A DNA stretch of 32,000 nucleotides from Methanococcus maripaludis (GTDB lineage: Archaea; AGJL01; Methanococci; Methanococcales; Methanococcaceae): contig NZ_CP026606.1 in the NCBI RefSeq assembly GCF_002945325.1, positions 1,020,001 to 1,052,000 of the forward strand, in the 5' to 3' direction. Below are positions 21,714 through 30,445 of the stretch, piece after piece; the stretch's first letter is position 1, and the number at the start of each line of letters is the position of its first letter. The translations under genes and the position numbers were made by a program. Under the pieces are notes generated by a model, which saw nothing but the letters and a program-made list of their open reading frames with translations, was not told the DNA's origin and made no database searches.

Positions 21714-22606
21714 TTAACATCTTTTATTTTCGCGTTTTTGAACTCTTTAATGTTTTTAAATTCGTCTTCGCTTAATTCGTAGATTTTAAAGACGGTATTA
21801 TTTAATATACAGAAATTTTTAATCATCCTGTAAGCTTTATCTCCGTCATAATTTTCTAAAAAAGCCATGATCGGGGATTTATCGTTTGACACAATCACCG
21901 CATTTTTTTCAACAATTTCTACAATTGATGGATTTTTAGGAAGTATATTATATAAAGAATCATTTTCAACAATTTTTGGTGATTTTTCTTTAATTTTTTC
22001 TACTAATTCTTCGAAAGATACGAAATTTTTCAACAATGCATCTTTATTTTCGCCCAATATTTCATCCAAGTCCTGTTTTGATATTTTTTCAGGGCATATT
22101 TTTACATCGCTCACTGCAAAAATAGTCTTTAATTTACTCAATGCTTTTGGACCAACAAGGATTTTATCTTTTTTCTGATATATTGCGGCAATTTCTTCTT
22201 TATTTGAAAATAGAATGGTTCCTATCTCTTCTTTGTATTTTCTAGGAAATAGTGTAACTTTAAAAAGTCCGTATCCAACGTAATTTTCAATATTTCCATA
22301 AACATCTACGAAAATATCTTTTGGACTACTCTTTTCATCAAGATTATTTACGGACACTCTTTCGAGTAATTTATTTACTCGATTAGAACTCATATTTATG
22401 GCATCAATCTGGAATTCTTCAGGAATACTTTTAAAAATATCATTTAAATCCATTTTTTTGTCATTTAAACTAGAAAAAACAAGTTTTGAGTTTATGTAGT
22501 ATAATTTAGCATTATCAAGGGAGATAATTCCTGTAAAATTGTTCAAAATAGATATTAACTCTTTTAAATCAGGAATTCCTCCTTTTTTAGAGTACATTTT
22601 TTCCAT
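21710..22606 (-). CDS. hypothetical protein (298 aa, Lys/Asn/Ile-rich, no recognisable motif)
   Basis: Long uninterrupted ORF. I chose the ATG at 22606 (MEKMYSKK), which is preceded by GGTGG. Its stop overlaps the convergent gene's stop inside the palindrome TTAATTAA. Confidence 0.55.
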   Translation of the reverse strand: MEKMYSKKGGIPDLKELISILNNFTGIISLDNAKLYYINSKLVFSSLNDKKMDLNDIFKSIPEEFQIDAINMSSNRVNKLLERVSVNNLDEKSSPKDIFVDVYGNIENYVGYGLFKVTLFPRKYKEEIGTILFSNKEEIAAIYQKKDKILVGPKALSKLKTIFAVSDVKICPEKISKQDLDEILGENKDALLKNFVSFEELVEKIKEKSPKIVENDSLYNILPKNPSIVEIVEKNAVIVSNDKSPIMAFLENYDGDKAYRMIKNFCILNNTVFKIYELSEDEFKNIKEFKNAKIKDVN

Positions 22607-22628
22607 AAAACCCACCAAAAATATAAAA

Positions 22629-22718
22629 CGGCGCAGGGGGGGAATCGAACCCCGAATTCCAACGGAACTCGACGGATCTGAAGTCCGCCCTCATCTACCA
22701 AGATAAGCACCCCGTGCC
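22629..22718 (-). tRNA. selC: tRNA-Sec (anticodon UCA), selenocysteine tRNA
   Basis: The minus-strand 90-mer GGCACGGGG-TG-CTTATCT-TGGT-AGATGAG-GGCGGA-CTTCAGA-TCCGTC-GAGTTCC-GTT-GGAATTC-GGGG-TTCGATT-CCCC-CCCTGCGCC-G folds as follows: 9-bp acceptor (one A.C, one G.U), 7-bp D stem with 4-nt loop, 6-bp anticodon stem, anticodon TCA, 7-bp long variable arm and 4-bp T stem. This is the archaeal 9/4 tRNA-Sec architecture. No CCA is encoded. Confidence 0.9.
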
Positions 22719-22814
22719 ACGAAGCCAAGATATAAACTCTTTTTAAAGATATATAAGTCTTTTTGTTTACTTTCCTTTTAAACTTTATTAAAAAACGTTT
22801 TAAAAAAAGAGTTA

Positions 22815-23828
22815 TTAATTTTTAATAGTCTGGTGAATATTTATTAAATCGCTTAATATGGCAGATGCAGTTTCAATATCTCCTGCACCAGTTCCTACAA
22901 CTACGATATCGTTTGCAAGATCTGTATCAAACATTGCAACATTTAAACAGCCCATAACATTTAAGGGGCTGTCAACAGGTACAAGTTTTGGGCAAACTTC
23001 GAGTTTTTTGTCGGTAACTTCGCCTATTAATTTTATTGTATGGCCACTTTTATTTGCCATGACGAGTGCTTCAGGAGTAATTCTTGTTATTCCTTCTAAA
23101 TTTACGTCTTTAATTGTTACATCTCGTCCAAATATTGAATTTGCCAAAATTACAATTTTTGCAGCAGTATCAAGTCCGCTGATGTCTTGGTGGGGATTTG
23201 TTTCCGCAATTCCAAGTTCTTGAGCTTCTTTTAATACCGTATCAAAATCAAGCTGTTCTTTTTCCATTTTGGTTAAAATGTAGTTTGTAGTCCCGTTTAA
23301 AATTCCTTTTATTAATTTAACATCGTTTCCTGCCAATGTTTCCTTTGCAAGATTGATTATCGGCATTGCACCACCGACTGAAGCTTCGTATCTGAAACAT
23401 AATTTATTTTTTTCTGCAGCAGTTACTAATTCTTTAAATGAAACTGCAAGAGGGCCTTTGTTTGCACTCACGACGTGTTTTTTGGTTTCAAATGCTTTTA
23501 ACATGTATGATTTTGCAGGTTCTCCAGTTTCAATGTTTGTAGGACTTACTTCTACAACCACATCTGCATTTACAGAGCCTATAACTTCTAAAATATCCAT
23601 TTTACATCCTTTTTCGGGATAATTTGATATTTTTCTTGTTTCTTCTTTAACTTTTAAGGCTAGTTCTAAATCAAGGCCTTCTTCATCAATTGCAGCACCA
23701 CTGCGGTCACAAATCGCAGCAACTTTTAAATCTAATCCATATTTTTTCTTTAAATGTTCTGATTTGAGATTAATGGCCTTTAAAACACCCTTACCAATTA
23801 TTCCAAATCCTACAAGTATTATCTTCAT
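22815..23828 (-). CDS. hom: homoserine dehydrogenase
   Basis: MKIILVGFGIIGKGV NAD(P)-binding start. ASVGGAMPII and GILNGTTNYIL are conserved Hom motifs. 337 aa. Confidence 0.88.
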   Translation of the reverse strand: MKIILVGFGIIGKGVLKAINLKSEHLKKKYGLDLKVAAICDRSGAAIDEEGLDLELALKVKEETRKISNYPEKGCKMDILEVIGSVNADVVVEVSPTNIETGEPAKSYMLKAFETKKHVVSANKGPLAVSFKELVTAAEKNKLCFRYEASVGGAMPIINLAKETLAGNDVKLIKGILNGTTNYILTKMEKEQLDFDTVLKEAQELGIAETNPHQDISGLDTAAKIVILANSIFGRDVTIKDVNLEGITRITPEALVMANKSGHTIKLIGEVTDKKLEVCPKLVPVDSPLNVMGCLNVAMFDTDLANDIVVVGTGAGDIETASAILSDLINIHQTIKN

Positions 23829-23839
23829 AAATTATCCCC

Positions 23840-24322
23840 TTAGCATGATTTAATAAATAACAAACCTTTTTCTTTGGCTATTTTATCAAATTCGTCATAA
23901 AGTTCTTTTAATTTTTCGTTATCTATCGTTATCCTCATTCTAGCAGAAGATTCTGCGATAGGGTCAGGCATTGTTAAATCTAAATCTACAACTGTACCTA
24001 TTTCATTAATTCTATCAATCGTATCGAGTACATCTGTATCAACAATGTGTCCTACGACTACAATTTCCAGATTTATTTTTTTCCTTTTTTCATTTATTTT
24101 GGCAACGATAACATCCAATTTTTCAAGGTTTTCAATAATAGAATGTAACAAATTATCGTTTAATTTTTCGATCACGACTTTTACAGGAACCCTTCCATCT
24201 CGTGTTTTATTTTCACGCATATGAATAACGCTAAAAATATTAGCTCCCGCAGAAGATATCGGTTGCAATGCTTTCAAAAGCTCTCCGGGGGAATCCTTGA
24301 GTTCTAGATCAAGAAATATCAT
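23840..24322 (-). CDS. ACT-domain protein (tandem ACT-like regulatory domains)
   Basis: MIFLDLELKDSPGELLKALQPISSAGANIFSVIH is an ACT pattern. It lies upstream of hom, 11 nt apart. I chose the ATG at 24322, which has GGTGA 5 nt upstream. The track start at 24382 is probably an over-extension. Confidence 0.7.
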   Translation of the reverse strand: MIFLDLELKDSPGELLKALQPISSAGANIFSVIHMRENKTRDGRVPVKVVIEKLNDNLLHSIIENLEKLDVIVAKINEKRKKINLEIVVVGHIVDTDVLDTIDRINEIGTVVDLDLTMPDPIAESSARMRITIDNEKLKELYDEFDKIAKEKGLLFIKSC

Positions 24323-24492
24323 TTTTTCACCAGTCAGTATTTCGGATGTAACATAGATACTATTCATAATCATGTTATACACAACAAGTATAAATATTAG
24401 ACCAAAGCCCCTTAAAAGTTAGATCTGAACGATCGGACGCGCTCGAGATTATTAAAAAATTGATAGCTGAAAAATAAAAAAAGAAAAAAGAA

Positions 24493-26094
24493 TTAAATTC
24501 CTTTAAAGCACTTTTTCAAATGTTCTTTTGACGGCGCTTTAGTTAAAAGACTCACCAAAACGGTTGCAATAAATGCAAGCGGTAGGGAGATTACCATTGG
24601 GTCTACATAAGGCCAGGGCATCGCGGAAATCAAAACGTCCCTACCAATCAGCATTTTTGAAATTCCAAGTGCTGCTGACTCCGCTTGATGAACGAATACT
24701 AAGCAGAACAGACTTACAAAAGTACCTGTTAAAAGACCTGCAATTGCCCCTTCTTTTGTGGTTCTTTTCCAGAATAGTCCTAACGCATATGCCGGTAAAA
24801 ACGCAGCACTACAGAGTCCAAAGAATAATGCAGTTCCTCTTGCAACTATTCCTCCTGGAAGAATGTACCCTAGAATTGCAGCAATTACAATTGCAACAAT
24901 AATTCCTAATCTCGTTATAATTACTGAATTTAATCCTTTTTTACCACAAATGGTTTCATAAACGTCCCTTCCAATTGATGTTCCTTGAGCGTGGAACTGG
25001 CTTGAAATTGTTGACATTGCAGCTGCAAGCAGTGAAACCAAGAATATGTAAATAAACCATTCCGGCATTGCTTTGTTGATATATAACGGCATGATACTGT
25101 CGCTGTTTCCTGTCGGGAATGTTTCAGACACTGTTGCACCAATTGAAAGAACACCTTCGGTATTCATGAAATAAACGTTTGAAAGGGTTCCTACAACGTA
25201 TGCAGTACCTGTTGCAATTAAAATAAAGACTGCACCAATCAAAACAGCCCTGTTTAATTCTCTGTTACTTTTTACAGTCATGAATCTAACAATAAGTTGA
25301 GGTTGTGCTAAAACTCCGATTCCAACACCTAAAATTATGCTCGAAACAATTGTCCACCACATCGGAGAACCAAAAGTTGGCATCGAAGTCCACCCTGCAT
25401 GTCCTACACTTGCAAGGTTTGCTGGAACTAACCCTGACATATTTGAAATTGCCTGGTGAGCTGTGGTAACTCCACCGAGGATATCATAAGTCATGTAGAG
25501 CAAAAACAACATTCCAAAAAACATAATCGTTCCTTGGAATGCATCCGTGTACATAACACCTTTTAAACCACCCATTACGACATATACTGCAATAATTATG
25601 GAAAATACAAGCAGTGCAACGTCAAATGAAATATTAAGTGTAGTTTCTATAAATCTTGCAGCACCAATCAAAACTGCTGCTGCATAAATTGGCATTGCAC
25701 AAAATATTAAAAGCCCTGAAAACCACTGTATAAATTTACTTTCGAATCTTTTTGCCAGTAGCTCAGGAAATGTCAGTGCATTTAAGTTATGCCCCATTTT
25801 TCTAGTTCTTTTCCCAAAAAATACAAATGCTATAAAGATACCTAAAAATATATTTAGAAACGTCAGCCATAGCAAACTCATACCAAATAGCCCTGAGAAT
25901 CCACCAAAACCAACAATTGCAGCAGTACTGATAAATGTAGCACCGTAGCTCATTGCCATAACGAATGGGTGGATTTTTCTACCTCCGACCATGTAGTCTT
26001 CAGCACTTGAAGTTCCTTTCCAACCTTTGTATCCGAGGTATCCAATAACTAACAAATATATTAAAACAATCACGTTTAGAAGAAGGATATTCAT
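24493..26094 (-). CDS. sodium:solute symporter (SSS/SSF family) transporter
   Basis: 533 aa with about 13 hydrophobic segments. The N-terminus GYKGWKGTSSAEDYMVGGRKIHPFVMAMSYGATFISTAAIVG is typical of PutP/PanF-type SSS permeases. Confidence 0.8.
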   Translation of the reverse strand: MNILLLNVIVLIYLLVIGYLGYKGWKGTSSAEDYMVGGRKIHPFVMAMSYGATFISTAAIVGFGGFSGLFGMSLLWLTFLNIFLGIFIAFVFFGKRTRKMGHNLNALTFPELLAKRFESKFIQWFSGLLIFCAMPIYAAAVLIGAARFIETTLNISFDVALLVFSIIIAVYVVMGGLKGVMYTDAFQGTIMFFGMLFLLYMTYDILGGVTTAHQAISNMSGLVPANLASVGHAGWTSMPTFGSPMWWTIVSSIILGVGIGVLAQPQLIVRFMTVKSNRELNRAVLIGAVFILIATGTAYVVGTLSNVYFMNTEGVLSIGATVSETFPTGNSDSIMPLYINKAMPEWFIYIFLVSLLAAAMSTISSQFHAQGTSIGRDVYETICGKKGLNSVIITRLGIIVAIVIAAILGYILPGGIVARGTALFFGLCSAAFLPAYALGLFWKRTTKEGAIAGLLTGTFVSLFCLVFVHQAESAALGISKMLIGRDVLISAMPWPYVDPMVISLPLAFIATVLVSLLTKAPSKEHLKKCFKGI

Positions 26095-26286
26095 TTAGAC
26101 CACCGTTCCGATTTCATCTTCCATCTTTTCTTCTTCTTTTTCCCAGTCCAATTGTTCTTCAATTTCTTTTTCTTCGGTTTCTGAACCTTTATTCCAATTT
26201 AATGCCCCGTATATAACGCATAATAATGTACTTAAGATGCAGAGCACGTATGCGCTTAATACATAGGGGTCTGAAATGCCTAACAT
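26095..26286 (-). CDS. small single-TM membrane protein, probable accessory subunit of the SSS symporter
   Basis: 63 aa with one hydrophobic helix (VLSAYVLCILSTLLCVIYGAL) and an acidic tail. Its stop codon directly abuts the symporter ATG (26095/26094). Confidence 0.6.
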   Translation of the reverse strand: MLGISDPYVLSAYVLCILSTLLCVIYGALNWNKGSETEEKEIEEQLDWEKEEEKMEDEIGTVV

Positions 26287-26615
26287 GAAACACCTCTGAA
26301 AAGGATAGTCGTGTAATATGATGTAATCAACTAATATAACACATTATAAAACTTTTATAAACTATATGCTCAGTATTTTTTTGATTAACGAGTGTTAACA
26401 ATACTGGAATAAAACAAAACCGAGATACCCAAATCTAAAATGTTTTTCTGTACTTTTAAACAAAGCATACTTGATTATTTTGAAAATGGACATTTGATTC
26501 ATAAGGATCTCTGAAATTTACTAAACTTTAATTCTGCCACAAAATCCCTTTACCAAGTTTTAGTATATATAAATTATTGAATTCGTCAGATTAAAAAATA
26601 GAAATTTAGTGGGGA

Positions 26616-27152
26616 TTACCACCATACTTTTTTTAAATGGAGTTTGTATGCGATAATGTTCGAAGAAAAATGAATTATCGGGGAAATTACAAGTAATAGT
26701 ACAATAATGTTTGCAGGTAGTGGATACAGCGAATATGCGAATAATAATGCAAATATTATAAACGTTATTTGATCCAATAGTGGAGCGGACTGTCCCTGAT
26801 TTAAGTTAAATCTTCTTTTTATAAAGCTTCCAAGCATATCTCCAAAAAGAGCGCCAGTTGCAAGTAAAAAACTCAAAATAATATATCCTGTTAGTCCGTA
26901 ATTAAAAACTGATTCTGGGCCCATATATAATATAACTATAAAATGCTGTAAAATTCCAGTAATTATTCCAAAAAGTATTCCAAAAAAGGTGCCCCTGTAA
27001 GTTACACCATTTCCAATAATCCTGTTTCCATCGAAAAAATTTTTTCCAAAATCAACAGGTTTTCCCCCGCCCAAAATACAAGGAACTGCATTGGCTACAT
27101 ACGCAGGTAAAATATACCACAAGGCGCTAAATAACAATAAAAGTAAATCCAT
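26616..27152 (-). CDS. carS: CDP-archaeol synthase (CDP-2,3-bis-O-geranylgeranyl-sn-glycerol synthase, DUF46 family)
   Basis: LPAYVANAVPCILGGGKPVDFGKNFFDGNRIIGNGVTYRGTFFG matches the conserved CarS core. Polytopic membrane protein. I chose the ATG at 27152 (MDLLLLLF), which is preceded by GAGGGA. Confidence 0.75.
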   Translation of the reverse strand: MDLLLLLFSALWYILPAYVANAVPCILGGGKPVDFGKNFFDGNRIIGNGVTYRGTFFGILFGIITGILQHFIVILYMGPESVFNYGLTGYIILSFLLATGALFGDMLGSFIKRRFNLNQGQSAPLLDQITFIIFALLFAYSLYPLPANIIVLLLVISPIIHFSSNIIAYKLHLKKVWW

Positions 27153-27415
27153 GAAATCCCTCGAGAATATGAAATTGACACTTAGCATACTATTTTTGTA
27201 CACTATTTAAGGATTACTTCTATAAAAAAGTCGCCAGTATTTTTTAAAAATATAAAAAAATGGAGGGGTAAGAAATAGGGGGTGGTTTATGTAAAGTATG
27301 ATAATTAATTAAAATAGAACGGGGAGGGGTTTTTTAAATTTTTTGTAAATTATTAACAGTATATTATTGGTAATTAAAAGAGTCTTTTATTATATGAGGG
27401 GTGGGAATGGGATTA

Positions 27416-27507
27416 GGAGATCAAATCTCCTACACGGTGTTATCAGTAGTGAAGTGGGGGTATGAGGGGGGTTTAAAATAACAATCTCACTACTGTTCCA
27501 CACCGTG
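27416..27507. ncRNA. candidate structured RNA or regulatory element: small hairpin plus a long interrupted hairpin with a G-rich loop (strand undetermined)
   Basis: GGAGAT-CAA-ATCTCC (27416-27430). CACGGTGT (27433-40) pairs with ACACCGTG (27500-07). CAGTAGTGA (27444-52) pairs with TCACTACTG (27487-95). That gives 17 perfect bp around a 34-nt loop carrying GGGGG and GGGGGG runs. No ORF is present. Confidence 0.3.
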
Positions 27508-27849
27508 CAATCAATACATTTCAACTTTTGATATATATATCTAACGGTTATTTAATTAATTTTGAAGCTAGAATAATATTCTTTGATCAAATAACCTATG
27601 CTGATATTATTTTTTAATAATCCGCCATAGATTATGCCAATTAGAAATATTAAATGGTATTATTATAAAATCTAATATCTATTTTGCTATTACTCTACAT
27701 CTCAAATAACTATTTTTAAAAGCAGTTATTACTTTTTCTAATATTAATGGGCGCTATTAGCAATTTCAAGAATGTATCTTTTTATAAGCAGGTGAGTGTA
27801 GTATAAATGTATACCAATTACCTTACTTTTTATATGTGGAGGTGAATCC

Positions 27850-29826
27850 ATGAGTGACCCCAAAGTGGGTGTATTCGTCTGCTACTGTGGTGCAAACATC
27901 AATGGTGCAGTGGATTGTGAAGCCGTAAAGGATTTCGCTTCTGAATTAGACGGTGTAGCCGTTGCAGCTACTTACCCGTTCATGTGTGCTGACCCAGGTC
28001 AAGGTCTTATTAAAGACGCGATCAAAGAGCACGGATTGGACAGGATAGTTGTTGCAGCATGCACCCCTAAGATCCACGAGCCAACCTTTAGAGGTTGCCT
28101 ACAAGACGCGGGAATATCCCCTTACTATTTAGAATTTGTAAATATTAGAGAACACGACGCATTTGTCCACATGGGCGATGTAGAGGGCGCAACCAGGAAA
28201 GCATGTGAAATGATTGCTGGTGGAGTAGAACGAGCTAAGAAATTAGAAGACGTTCCTCAAAAAGTCGTAGACGTAGATAAAAGCTGTATGGTTATCGGTG
28301 CAGGTATTGCAGGTATTCAATCTGCTCTTGACCTCGGTGACCAAGGATTCAAAGTCTACCTTGTAGACAAAGACGAGTCAATCGGAGGAAGGATGGCGCA
28401 ACTTGCAAAGACTTTCCCGACAGATGACTGTGCAATGTGAATTCTCGCACCAAAAATGGTGTCTGCAGCTAACCACCCTAACATTGAATTAATTACATTT
28501 GCTGAGATTAAAAATATCGACGGTTACATCGGAAATTTCGATGTTACACTCGAGAAAAAACCAAGATATGTTGATGAAGATACCTGTACCGGATGTGGTG
28601 CATGTGCAGCAGCATGTCCAATAGAAGTGCCTAATGAATTTGATTTAGGATTAGGTACTAGGAAAGCAATTTATGTTCCATTCCCACAAGCAGTTCCATT
28701 ACTTTACACAATCGATAAAGAACACTGTATTGATTGTGGACTTTGTGCAAAAGTTTGCTGTGCAGAGGCAGTAAGATACGATCAGAAACCTCAAGAACTC
28801 AATATCAAAGTCGGTACAATTATTACCGCAACTGGATACGATGAGTTCGATGCAACTAAAAAAGAAGAGTATGGATACGGAGTTTACGACAACGTAATTA
28901 CAACTCTCGAAGTTGAAAGGATGATTAACCCAGCTGGTCCAACCCACGGGCACGAAATCAGACCTAGCGACGGAAAAGCACCAAAAAGAACTGTATATAT
29001 ACAGTGCGTTGGTTCAAGAGACGAGAAAGTTGGAAACCCATACTGTTCAAGAGTATGCTGTATGTTTGCATTGAAAAATGCGCAGTTAATGAAAATGCAC
29101 GACCCTAATGCAGAAGTTTACATCTGTTACATGGATATCAGGGCTTTCGGTAAAGGATACGAAGAGTACTATAAGAGAGCTCAGGACCAGTTCGGAGTTA
29201 AATTCATTAGGGGAAGACCAGCTAACATCTTTGAAGATCCAGAAACTAAAAACTTGACTGTGAGAGTAGAAGACACCCTCATGGGAGAAATTTTAGAGAT
29301 CGACGCTGATTTAGTTGTTCTTTCAGCAGGATTGGAAGCTAAAAAAGATGCCGGAGAACTTGCTAAAATGCTCGGTATCGATAGAGGTCCAGAAGGATTC
29401 TTTAAAGAATTACACCCTAAATTAGCACCTGTTAACACGAAAGTTGACGGTATTGCAATTGCAGGGGTCGCTCAAGGACCAAAAGATATTCCAGATACAG
29501 TAGCACAGGCAAAAGGTGCTGCAAGTGCTGTTGCAATTCCAATGTCACAAGGTCAGTTCAAGATCGAAATGATTAGGGCAACAGTTAACGAGGAAGTATG
29601 TGGTGGCTGTAAAGTATGTGCTTTAATGTGTCCATATAACGCTATCACTTACGAAGAAAAAGACGGTCACTTGGTGGCAATAACTGATGACGTTGCATGT
29701 AAAGGATGTGGAGCTTGTGCAGCAGCATGTCCAAGCGGTGCAATGCAGTTAAGATACTACCGAGATGAACAAGTCATTGGAATGATTGACGGTATATTAA
29801 ATGCCGCAAAAATGTTAGAAGAATAA
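27850..29826 (+). CDS. hdrA: heterodisulfide reductase subunit A, selenocysteine-containing (in-frame UGA at 28438-28440 read as Sec)
   Basis: ORFs 27850..28440 and 28456..29826 are in the same frame, separated only by TGA plus 5 sense codons (..FPTDDCAM-U-ILAPKMVSAAN..). The merged 658-aa product has the HdrA N-terminal Cys domain (VCYCGANI), FAD fingerprint VIGAGIAGIQSAL and four CxxCxxCxxxCP ferredoxin motifs. A SECIS-like hairpin lies in the 3' UTR. GGAGGTGA RBS. Confidence 0.88.
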
Positions 29827-29929
29827 TTTAAGCACAAGGAACTAGGGAATGAAATACTGAATAACTAATTATCTATTAAATTAAATTAAATTCTCAGCAA
29901 AATTAAGTTAGGAATGGTGTTAATTCAGA

Positions 29930-29976
29930 TCATGTGACGAACAACCCGAAGGCTAAGGCCAGGGGAGTTCTGATGA
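29930..29976 (+). promoter_or_regulatory. archaeal-type SECIS element in the hdrA 3' UTR
   Basis: TCAT-gtgac-GAAC-aa-CCC-GAA-GGC-taag-GCC-A-GGG-ga-GTTC-tg-ATGA. This gives a GC upper stem of 3 bp, an asymmetric internal loop with GAA (5' side) and A (3' side), and a lower helix. It lies 104 nt after the hdrA stop. Confidence 0.7.
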
Positions 29977-30018
29977 GCTACGAGTTAATTTATTAAAAAA
30001 TTAAAAAAGGGATATATT

Positions 30019-30423
30019 ATGGCAGAACCCGTAATTATGGCCTTTGTATGTTACCAGTGAGGATACGGTGCAGCCGATTTGGCTGGTACGAGCAGAATGC
30101 AATACCCTGCATCAGTTAGAGCTATTAGAGTGCCATGTACTGGTAAATTCGATATTACCTATGCATTAAGAGCATTCCAAAAAGGCGCTGATGCTGTATT
30201 CGTTGCAGGTTGAAAACCAAACGAATGTGCATTCGAAACTGGAAACTTCAAAGCTGAAGAAAGGGTTAAGTTTGGAAAACAGATCCTAGATGAACTCGGA
30301 ATCGGTGGCGAAAGACTTGAGATGTTCTTCATGTCAGGTGCTGACGCAGGTAAATTTACCGAAGCAGTTAAAGAAATGACCGATAGAGTTAAAAAACTAG
30401 GACCCAACCCAATCAAAGCGTAA
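30019..30423 (+). CDS. vhuD: F420-non-reducing hydrogenase subunit VhuD (MvhD homolog) with two selenocysteines (UGA at 30058-30060 and 30211-30213)
   Basis: My translation is MAEPVIMAFVCYQ-U-GYGAADLAGTSRMQYPASVRAIRVPCTGKFDITYALRAFQKGADAVFVAG-U-KPNECAFETGNFKAEERVKFGKQILDELGIGGERLEMFFMSGADAGKFTEAVKEMTDRVKKLGPNPIKA. Both TGAs are in frame and sit at MvhD Cys positions. The gene is absent from the ORF track. It lies upstream of vhuG/vhuA. Confidence 0.85.
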
Positions 30424-30445
30424 AACCGTTTAAAAAGAGAATGAA

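Noticed and set aside
27396-27470. G-quadruplex interpretation of the G-runs upstream of hdrA
   Set aside because: Only three closely spaced G3+ runs occur (27397-27410), and the next runs are about 45 nt away and sit in a hairpin loop. A canonical four-tract G4 is not supported. The region is kept only as a generic structured-element finding.
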